NCBI GenBank assembly: GCA_024672275.1
Contig: GCA_024672275.1_4536.1
DNA: 64,000 bases
Origin: a phage
Reading direction: 5' to 3' (one strand)
The notes below the pieces were generated by a model, which ran no database searches, was not told the origin of the DNA, and worked only from the letters and a program-made list of their open reading frames with translations. The position numbers were made by a program, and so were the translations under genes. Below are positions 1-5,381 of this stretch, in pieces. How positions within the stretch are numbered: position 1 is the first letter of the stretch; the number at the start of each line of letters is the position of its first letter.

Positions 1-59
1 TTAACAACGTGTATACCATCTAGAGTTACACGGAATACCATTTGAATAACGTCTTTCAT
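1..59 (-). CDS. hypothetical protein, 5' end only (gene runs off the window start)
   Basis: ATG at 59..57 with AAGGAGG about 6 nt upstream; frame open to position 1; start overlaps stop of upstream gene (ATGA). Confidence 0.3.
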   Translation of the reverse strand, partial: MKDVIQMVFRVTLDGIHVV

Positions 60-172
60 TTCTTACCTCCTTTGTTGTCAAAATAACTTACCAGAATATC
101 GTGAACCACACACATGGCAAAAATCAGAACAATTGTTGTCAGGACTGGATTCTCACTAATTAGTGCTATCAT
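56..172 (-). CDS. small hydrophobic protein (38 aa, one predicted TM helix)
   Basis: ATG 172..170 preceded by GGAGG; MIALISENPVLTTIVLIFAMCVVHDILVSYFDNKGGKK; the longer ORF-track version (to 253) would overlap the upstream gene by about 100 nt. Confidence 0.3.
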   Translation of the reverse strand: MIALISENPVLTTIVLIFAMCVVHDILVSYFDNKGGKK

Positions 173-479
173 CTTTAACCACCTCCAATTGCCTTTCGAG
201 TTTGACTTTGTTTGAGAACTGATAATGACACAACTTACATTGCATGTCAACAATCTGATCGTGATTTAACCCTACAATTTTAACTTCCTTTGCACCATGC
301 CACTCCAAATACTCAAAACCATCCAAATGATTACTCTTGTCCAACAGGAATGCTATCTGCTGCCATTCAATCTGAATGTCATTTAAATGATATGCTGCAC
401 AGAAGATATCCTCATAGTAAAAGACGATCATTGTCATTGCTTCGTCCAGCACAACTACCTCTTGTCTTGTAAATCTCAT
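156..479 (-). CDS. hypothetical protein (107 aa)
   Basis: ATG 479..477 with AGGAGG 5 nt upstream; uninterrupted ORF. Confidence 0.5.
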   Translation of the reverse strand: MRFTRQEVVVLDEAMTMIVFYYEDIFCAAYHLNDIQIEWQQIAFLLDKSNHLDGFEYLEWHGAKEVKIVGLNHDQIVDMQCKLCHYQFSNKVKLERQLEVVKDDSTN

Positions 480-732
480 TCTAGCCTCCTAAACGCGTCT
501 CTGACGCACTTTTTATATATAAGATGATAAATCACCTTACCTAGTAAGTGAACTTGCTCTACGAGCCTCTTATGAAGCTTATGTTATAGGATATACTATT
601 GCTACCTGTTTAAGCAAGGTTTTTGCACACAGAAAATAATTTTTAATAAAACTCTTGACTTTTGTGTTCGAAGTATGCTACCCTAGAAATCTATTAACGA
701 GCGCAGCGAGTTAAGGTTTTAGGTTGTTGATG

Positions 733-958
733 TAGTACTCTGTACTCAAGTACTGTACTCCGTACTAGATTAATAATTATTAAATATTAATAATTATTAA
801 ATATTAATAATAAATAATTATTAGATCTAACAAACAGGTACAGTGTATCAGAACTGGTACGTACAGATCAACTTCTATCAATTAAAAAATAAAATAATAA
901 ATTATTATAAATAATACTTGATCTATAGATCAGTATGAAGTACAGTACGTAACATCTT
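733..958. repeat. AT-rich repeat block between divergently oriented genes (GTACT iterons, tandem 17-mer, palindrome)
   Basis: five GTACT units about 733-768; attaataattattaaat x2 at 769-802 plus partial third copy; GTAC-containing units 838-955; palindrome gatctatagatc 920-931. Confidence 0.6.
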
Positions 959-978
959 AACAAGAAGGGAGGTGTGCA

Positions 979-1164
979 ATGATTAGTGAGAATCCGTGCA
1001 AATGGCATCATGTGCCTATTAAAGATTGTATGTCTTGTAATCCACGTTCTATTTATAACATTGCATCTTATGATGATGACAATGTGTTAGACGATGATGA
1101 AGGCTGGGAGGATTTAGATTGGACTGGTTATGAAACCAAAAAGGATAAAATTATTCCTAGTTGA
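979..1164 (+). CDS. hypothetical protein (61 aa, acidic C-terminus)
   Basis: ATG 979 with GGGAGG upstream; first plus-strand gene after the repeat block. Confidence 0.45.
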   Translation: MISENPCKWHHVPIKDCMSCNPRSIYNIASYDDDNVLDDDEGWEDLDWTGYETKKDKIIPS

Positions 1165-1201
1165 CTTAAGATACCCTTCGTGCTAAACTAGAAGTGAGGA
1201 G

Positions 1202-1453
1202 ATGCCGATCACTCCCCATTTGGGGTTCGAAGGATATATGCAAAATAGCTTTTATTTTAGGTGCCGTGCTTGTAATAGGCATTTGACAAACCACTCCAGA
1301 CGTGATAAAAATGGAGTCATCAAGGAATCAGACCTCTGTTCTATTTGCACAGGTTTGGCTTTTGATGATAGTCCCGAAAGGGTTTATCAGCATCAATGTA
1401 TAACAGACGTTCTCGTGTCAAACTTGGTAGAGGACGAACAACTAACAGATTAG
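1202..1453 (+). CDS. hypothetical Cys-rich protein (83 aa), possible zinc ribbon
   Basis: ATG 1202 after GTGAGGAG; CRACNRH ... CSICTG cysteine pairs. Confidence 0.4.
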   Translation: MPITPHLGFEGYMQNSFYFRCRACNRHLTNHSRRDKNGVIKESDLCSICTGLAFDDSPERVYQHQCITDVLVSNLVEDEQLTD

Positions 1454-1461
1454 GAGGAACA

Positions 1462-1710
1462 ATGTCTCTATTAGAAAAACACGTGTTTGAAGATGGTAAC
1501 GGCAATGCAGTTTTTCTTTTCCATCCAGAAAAATACACATCTGAAAACAATGGTACAACTTCTATTGTAATCACTAAAGATGTTAAAGTTATTGATTTCT
1601 TGGCTCTGATGCGAGAGATGGATCTTGAAATTAATACTTTTAACGCAGAAGCTTTGGTTGTTGCTCTTCTGGAAAAGAAAGATAGTGAAGAAGTAGCAGA
1701 ATATGCTTAA
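1462..1710 (+). CDS. hypothetical protein (82 aa)
   Basis: ATG 1462 with AGGAGG 6 nt upstream (internal Met of ORF-track 1396..1710); acidic C-terminus. Confidence 0.5.
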   Translation: MSLLEKHVFEDGNGNAVFLFHPEKYTSENNGTTSIVITKDVKVIDFLALMREMDLEINTFNAEALVVALLEKKDSEEVAEYA

Positions 1711-1717
1711 ATAACTA

Positions 1718-1747
1718 TTGACAAACGTATCCTTCATATGTTAGGAT
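1718..1747 (+). promoter_or_regulatory. sigma70-like promoter upstream of tRNA cluster
   Basis: ttgaca 1718-1723, 18-nt spacer, taggat; shares 'ctattgaca' context with other promoters in window. Confidence 0.4.
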
Positions 1748-1956
1748 ACGTTCATCAAGTGTGGTAACAGGGTCGTTGACTTTTGTTAAGAGGGGCTTGC
1801 ACTGCGGTAGTGTTAGAGACTACTTCTTCAGAGGTTAGCTACCAAAGAGGAAAAGGAATAGTCTCGGCTCAAGAACTTTTACGCTGAAAGTTGGGCTTGG
1901 TCTTAGAGAATGTAGCGGTTCTCTACAATCGTCAGCGTCTCTGTTACCACATTTAT

Positions 1957-2031
1957 GGCCCTGTAGCTCAATGGGAGAGCTGTCGGCTCATAACCGATAG
2001 GTAGCTGGATCGAAACCAGCCAGGGCCACCA
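1957..2031 (+). tRNA. tRNA-Met (anticodon CAT), elongator-type
   Basis: acceptor ggccctg/cagggcc, D-arm gctc..gagc, anticodon loop ctCATaa, T-arm gctgg/ccagc, encoded CCA. Confidence 0.75.
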
Positions 2032-2033
2032 AC

Positions 2034-2108
2034 GTCTTTATGGTGTAATGGATAGCACAGGAGTCTTCTAAACTCTTAGTCAAGGTTCGATTCCTTGTAA
2101 AGACACCA
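2034..2108 (+). tRNA. tRNA-Arg (anticodon TCT)
   Basis: acceptor gtcttta/taaagac, anticodon loop ctTCTaa, T-arm caagg-ttcgatt-ccttg, encoded CCA. Confidence 0.7.
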
Positions 2109-2304
2109 GAACATTTTAACATGAATTAGCTCAAGTGATTTGAACCCACTACTGATCATGGTGGCAGAGAATGAGGCAAGTATGTCAGACATTATAAACA
2201 AAGGCCACGGTTATATTAGAAGACATAAATGCTCGAAGAGCACCGTTCGTTGAGAACGGTGGTTGGTGGAGTCACCATTCATGGTAAAATGTTTTAAAAA
2301 ACTA

Positions 2305-2334
2305 TTGACAACTAACATTATTTTATGTTAGATT
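2305..2334 (+). promoter_or_regulatory. sigma70-like promoter
   Basis: 'actattgaca' -35 at 2305-2310, weak -10 (ttagat/tagatt) 17-18 nt downstream; immediately precedes tRNA-Ser. Confidence 0.4.
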
Positions 2335-2342
2335 ATAAGTAT

Positions 2343-2433
2343 GGAAGGGCAAATCGACGTGGCGACGAAAACGGTCTTGAAAACCGCCGAGCTTGAAAGA
2401 GCCTTGGGAGTTCGACTCTCCCTCCTTCCGCCA
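2343..2433 (+). tRNA. tRNA-Ser (anticodon TGA), type II
   Basis: acceptor ggaaggg/tccttcc, anticodon arm cggtCTTGAAAaccg as in E. coli tRNA-Ser, long variable arm, T-arm gggag-ttcgact-ctccc, CCA. Confidence 0.7.
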
Positions 2434-2437
2434 GATT

Positions 2438-2523
2438 GGTAGATTGGTGAAATGGTAGCCACGACAGTTTGCTAAACTGTAGTCGGAAACGGCGTGTAGG
2501 TTCGAGTCCTACATCTACCGCCA
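2438..2523 (+). tRNA. tRNA-Ser (anticodon GCT), type II
   Basis: acceptor ggtagat/atctacc, anticodon stem acagt/actgt with loop ttGCTaa, long variable arm, T-arm gtagg-ttcgagt-cctac, CCA. Confidence 0.75.
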
Positions 2524-2653
2524 AGTTCTTTTTAATATAGCTTACTTTAATAGAGTAAACTTTCGGCAGATGGCCCCCACCATCTTACCGATACCTCATA
2601 GTTAGTGGTGCGAACACTGGCTATTTTAAAAAGAATTTAAATATTAGTATTTA

Positions 2654-2741
2654 GGTGAGTTAATTCCGTAGGGGTAGCGGGGCAGACTGTAAATCTGTTA
2701 TCATTGCGATTCGGGTGGTTCGACTCCATCACTCACCACCA
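2654..2741 (+). tRNA. tRNA-Tyr (anticodon GTA), type II
   Basis: acceptor ggtgagt/actcacc; anticodon arm gcagaCTGTAAAtctg nearly identical to E. coli tRNA-Tyr; long variable arm; CCA. Confidence 0.8.
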
Positions 2742-2747
2742 AATTAA

Positions 2748-2833
2748 GATGAGTTGGCTGAACGGTTTAAGCGGCGGACTGTTAATCCGTGTTCGAAAGA
2801 ACGATATAGGTTCAAATCCTATACTCATCGCCA
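2748..2833 (+). tRNA. unusual tRNA: Asn anticodon arm (GTT) on a type-II scaffold with long variable-arm hairpin
   Basis: acceptor gatgagt/actcatc (7 bp), 3-bp D-stem, anticodon arm gcggaCTGTTAAtccgt (as in E. coli tRNA-Asn), 15-nt variable arm with gttc-gaaa-gaac hairpin, T-arm atagg-ttcaaat-cctat, CCA. Confidence 0.55.
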
Positions 2834-2840
2834 GAATTAT

Positions 2841-2917
2841 GGACTTGTAGAGTTAAGGTAAACCCCCAGTCGCCAAGAGGCTTCTGGAATTGCAGGTATC
2901 GAATCCTGCCGAGTCCC
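2841..2917 (+). tRNA. tRNA-like element, non-canonical (8-nt T-loop, no clean anticodon arm); possible pseudo-tRNA
   Basis: acceptor-like ggacttg/cgagtcc and T-arm gcagg-tatcgaat-cctgc, but D and anticodon arms do not fold canonically; no encoded CCA. Confidence 0.3.
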
Positions 2918-2923
2918 AGCTTT

Positions 2924-2998
2924 GCTCCTATAGTATAATGGCTATTACAACGGTTTTGTAATCCGTGGATCTCTGTTCGATTCAGAGTGGGAGCACCA
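2924..2998 (+). tRNA. tRNA-Thr (anticodon TGT)
   Basis: acceptor gctccta/tgggagc, anticodon loop ttTGTaa (stem with one U-U mismatch), T-arm ctctg-ttcgatt-cagag, CCA. Confidence 0.6.
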
Positions 2999-3271
2999 AT
3001 ACAACATTAAGGGCACTGTGATTGATCGTCGTATCCTGTGCACAAGGTCTGCTCGAAAGACAGTGTTCTTAGTATTGTGTTGATCACACAAAGAGTTACC
3101 TGAAACTTGACCGGAGTAGGGTTGGATGGGGCAAAAGAAGAAGCGGCTCTCCCATCGACAGCAACGAAGAATAATATTTGACTTTGGTTTTGTATTATTT
3201 TAAGTTAGCTTACCGAACGTAGGGCTAGTCACCCAATGGGATACTCGTCACTGTCCCACTCAATAAAACTA

Positions 3272-3301
3272 TTGACAACCAATAGTAAAATGTAGTATAG
3301 T
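3272..3301 (+). promoter_or_regulatory. sigma70-like promoter
   Basis: 'actattgaca' -35 at 3272-3277, 18-nt spacer, tatagt -10 at 3296-3301; tRNA-Gly starts 12 nt downstream. Confidence 0.55.
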
Positions 3302-3312
3302 AAAGATGTAGG

Positions 3313-3386
3313 GCGTTCTTGGTGTAGCGGTAGCATTCCGTCCTTCCAAGTCGGCGGCACGAGTTCGATCCTCGTAGAACGCTCCA
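3313..3386 (+). tRNA. tRNA-Gly (anticodon TCC)
   Basis: acceptor gcgttct/agaacgc, anticodon loop ctTCCaa, T-arm acgag-ttcgatc-ctcgt, CCA. Confidence 0.8.
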
Positions 3387-3484
3387 AATTATTTAATAAA
3401 GGGTTGCCAGAAAACTTTCTCTTTTACTCATGGTTTTCTCCTTCTCTCACACCTCTTCTGGTTGCCCTTCATTAAATGATTTAT

Positions 3485-3560
3485 TGGTTTGTAGTGTAGT
3501 CCGGTAGCACACGACACTTTGACTGTCGTAGGTTTGGTTCAAATCCAGACAGACCAGCCA
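3485..3560 (+). tRNA. tRNA-Gln (anticodon TTG)
   Basis: acceptor tggtttg/cagacca (U1-A72), D-arm gtgt/acac, anticodon stem cgaca/tgtcg with loop ctTTGac, T-arm tttgg-ttcaaat-ccaga, CCA. Confidence 0.7.
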
Positions 3561-3565
3561 TATAA

Positions 3566-3642
3566 CGGAATTTAGCTCAGTTTGGTAGAGCATACGCTTT
3601 GGGAGCGTAGGGTCGCAGGTTCGAATCCTGCAATTCCGACCA
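3566..3642 (+). tRNA. tRNA-Pro (anticodon TGG)
   Basis: acceptor cggaatt/aattccg, D-arm gctc..gagc, anticodon loop ttTGGga, T-arm gcagg-ttcgaat-cctgc, CCA; close to E. coli tRNA-Pro. Confidence 0.85.
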
Positions 3643-3648
3643 ATCAAA

Positions 3649-3722
3649 TGTTTCGTAGTTCAATGGTAGAACCCACGACTGATAATCGTGAGACACAAGT
3701 TCGATTCTTGTCGAAACAACCA
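3649..3722 (+). tRNA. tRNA-Ile (anticodon GAT)
   Basis: acceptor tgtttcg/cgaaaca, D-arm gttc/gaac, anticodon stem cacga/tcgtg with loop ctGATaa, T-arm acaag-ttcgatt-cttgt, CCA. Confidence 0.8.
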
Positions 3723-3724
3723 GT

Positions 3725-3794
3725 TTCCCGTTAGACTTACAGGATAAGAGTTCCACAACTTATTGTGATGCTGGTTCGAATCCAGCACGGGATA
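3725..3794 (+). tRNA. tRNA-like element with oversized (10-nt) anticodon-region loop; possible pseudo-tRNA or non-canonical tRNA
   Basis: canonical T-arm gctgg-ttcgaat-ccagc and cccg/cggg acceptor pairing; internal stem ataag/cttat encloses agttccacaa; no CCA. Confidence 0.3.
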
Positions 3795-3800
3795 CATAAT

Positions 3801-3879
3801 AGCGGGATAGAGGAGTCTGGTCGTCCTCGCCAGTTTCATATGCTGGAGATCATCGGTTCAAATCCGATTCCCGCCTCCA
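3801..3879 (+). tRNA. tRNA-Met (anticodon CAT), initiator-like
   Basis: anticodon loop ttCATat; T-arm atcgg-ttcaaat-ccgat as in E. coli tRNA-fMet; unpaired A1-C72; CCA encoded. Confidence 0.65.
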
Positions 3880-3994
3880 AATATCGCTTGCCAGCGGTAT
3901 CTTTGAAGACCTTGCCTGGTTCCTTCTAAGATGGAGGGGTGCGACTCCTTAACGCACAATTATAATAAAGCATTTCAAATTAACAGTATTTATT

Positions 3995-4018
3995 AGCCTC
4001 CTTATTGGAGGCTTTTTG
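3995..4018 (+). terminator. rho-independent terminator closing the tRNA cluster
   Basis: agcctcc-ttatt-ggaggct hairpin followed by TTTTT. Confidence 0.7.
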
Positions 4019-4036
4019 CTATCTATTGAATAAAAC

Positions 4037-4065
4037 TTGACTTATTATTTTTTATATGTTAAGAT
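4037..4065 (+). promoter_or_regulatory. sigma70-like promoter for the late-block operon
   Basis: ttgact 4037-4042, 17-nt AT-rich spacer, taagat; followed by AGGAGG and ATG 4087. Confidence 0.45.
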
Positions 4066-4086
4066 AAAGTTTAGGAGGATTTTATT

Positions 4087-4383
4087 ATGCCTAAACTAAA
4101 ACGTGGTCGTGGAAGACCAACAGCCGAAATGCAACAGATCTACGCAATGGATGCGGCGCAAGCAAGTGTAAAAGAATTATTTGCAGAGCATTATTTAGAA
4201 GCTATGCGATATATTGTTGAACTTGTTAATGATAAGGATGCAGCAAAACCTCTCCGCTTCCAAGCAGCTAAAGCTATTAAAGAGCAAGTAGAAGAATGGT
4301 TAGAAGAACATTATGAAGCTATGGAAGAAGAAACCCCTGCCGTGCAGAATACAGATGACGTTCCTAAAAAGATCGTAATCTAA
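4087..4383 (+). CDS. hypothetical basic/acidic helical protein (98 aa); possibly a small DNA-binding protein (terminase small subunit not excluded)
   Basis: strong RBS AGGAGG; N-terminal KLKRGRGRP basic patch; first gene upstream of spanin/terminase block. Confidence 0.5.
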   Translation: MPKLKRGRGRPTAEMQQIYAMDAAQASVKELFAEHYLEAMRYIVELVNDKDAAKPLRFQAAKAIKEQVEEWLEEHYEAMEEETPAVQNTDDVPKKIVI

Positions 4384-4395
4384 TCCCTCTCCTCT

Positions 4396-4461
4396 CTTGG
4401 GGCTTTGCCCCTCCTCCTTGTTATTTTTAACACCCCTCTCCGAAAGGTTAGGGGCTTTTTT
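4396..4461 (+). terminator. tandem terminator-like hairpins
   Basis: ggggc-tttg-cccc followed by T-rich tract, then imperfect hairpin cccctctcc-gaaa-ggttagggg followed by TTTTTTATTTTT. Confidence 0.5.
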
Positions 4462-4523
4462 ATTTTTAATGCTTGCAATTGTATATCATTTTGTGATAAG
4501 ATCAGATATGAGGAGGATAAAAT

Positions 4524-4694
4524 ATGCGCAATTTTGTAGTTAAAAATGATTTTAACCGTTCTTCTTATCATAAAGATAAAAAGAATGATTACACACGGGT
4601 TTGGAACTTGGAGGAAGAACTTTATGATGACAGAGAAGACTTGGGAAGAGATCCTAGCGGAGGCTCAACCAATGGAAGTGAAGAAGATAGTTAA
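4524..4694 (+). CDS. hypothetical small acidic protein (56 aa)
   Basis: ATG 4524 with AGGAGG 7 nt upstream; below ORF-track length cutoff; competes with overlapping ORF 4546..4761. Confidence 0.4.
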   Translation: MRNFVVKNDFNRSSYHKDKKNDYTRVWNLEEELYDDREDLGRDPSGGSTNGSEEDS

Positions 4695-4744
4695 CAACGC
4701 CCCTTCTCTTCCTAAAATAAAATTTTATGAGGAAGTAGAAGATA

Positions 4745-5137
4745 ATGAATCTAAAGACTAAAACTGTATTAAGTTTTGTTTTAATTGTTGTTCTTATTCT
4801 TGCCGGAATGTTTGCTTATAACAAGATACGTGAGTCTGGCTACAAAGATGGTGTTGCCTATCAAACGCAAGTATATCAAGCAGCCCAAGCAAAAGCAAAA
4901 CAAGATTTCGATGTTCTTCAAAAAAGAGCGGATGAAGAAAGAGCATTATTAAATACTCAAATAAACAACTTGTCTAAAAACAATGCACAATTAAAAGCAG
5001 ATTTAGAGAAGAAGAAACAAACGATCAATGAGGATACAACGAATTATGCAAAAACTAATTCTGGCAGTATGTCTTGCTTTGCCCCTAATGATGACGGGTT
5101 GTTCATCATCAACAAAAGTTTCCCCAGTTCTTATTGA
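4745..5137 (+). CDS. putative i-spanin (Rz-like inner-membrane spanin)
   Basis: N-terminal TM helix (VLSFVLIVVLILAGMFAY) followed by coiled-coil periplasmic domain; contains an overlapping lipoprotein gene in another frame. Confidence 0.55.
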   Translation: MNLKTKTVLSFVLIVVLILAGMFAYNKIRESGYKDGVAYQTQVYQAAQAKAKQDFDVLQKRADEERALLNTQINNLSKNNAQLKADLEKKKQTINEDTTNYAKTNSGSMSCFAPNDDGLFIINKSFPSSY

Positions 5138-5372
5138 TGAGTGTAAGGCTGTAGCCATAGAAAAGGTTAAAGGTCCAGATTCGGACTTGATGGATAAAGT
5201 ATCGACACCTGTGCCATACACTAAAAATCAAATTGCAAAAGGGGTTAGTAGATCTGAAGTTGTTAACAACCAAACTCAAAACAATGCTCTTTGGGAGCAA
5301 GATAGACGAAAGGTTCTAGGTTTACAAACATATATTAAAACACTGCAAGAAAAAGGTATTATTGCTGAATAA
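5046..5372 (+). CDS. putative o-spanin (Rz1-like outer-membrane lipoprotein), overlapped architecture
   Basis: MQKLILAVCLALPLMMTGC: lipoprotein signal with lipobox Cys; starts inside the i-spanin gene in a different frame and extends past it. Confidence 0.5.
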   Translation: MQKLILAVCLALPLMMTGCSSSTKVSPVLIDECKAVAIEKVKGPDSDLMDKVSTPVPYTKNQIAKGVSRSEVVNNQTQNNALWEQDRRKVLGLQTYIKTLQEKGIIAE

Positions 5373-5381
5373 GGAGGGAAT

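Noticed and set aside
2333-2524. 63-aa minus-strand ORF over the Ser tRNA genes; also 3447..3647 over tRNA-Gln/Pro
   Set aside because: Both overlap canonical tRNA genes with intact cloverleaf features and have no RBS; treated as spurious.
3880-3990. Possible extra tRNA downstream of tRNA-Met(i)
   Set aside because: No T-loop consensus or acceptor-stem complementarity found by eye; region ends in a clear terminator, so treated as 3' trailer.
4546-4761. 71-aa ORF-track candidate overlapping the 4524..4694 ORF
   Set aside because: No RBS at its first start and it overlaps a candidate with a near-ideal AGGAGG-7nt-ATG; an internal start at 4623 with GGAGGA remains possible, so this locus is ambiguous.
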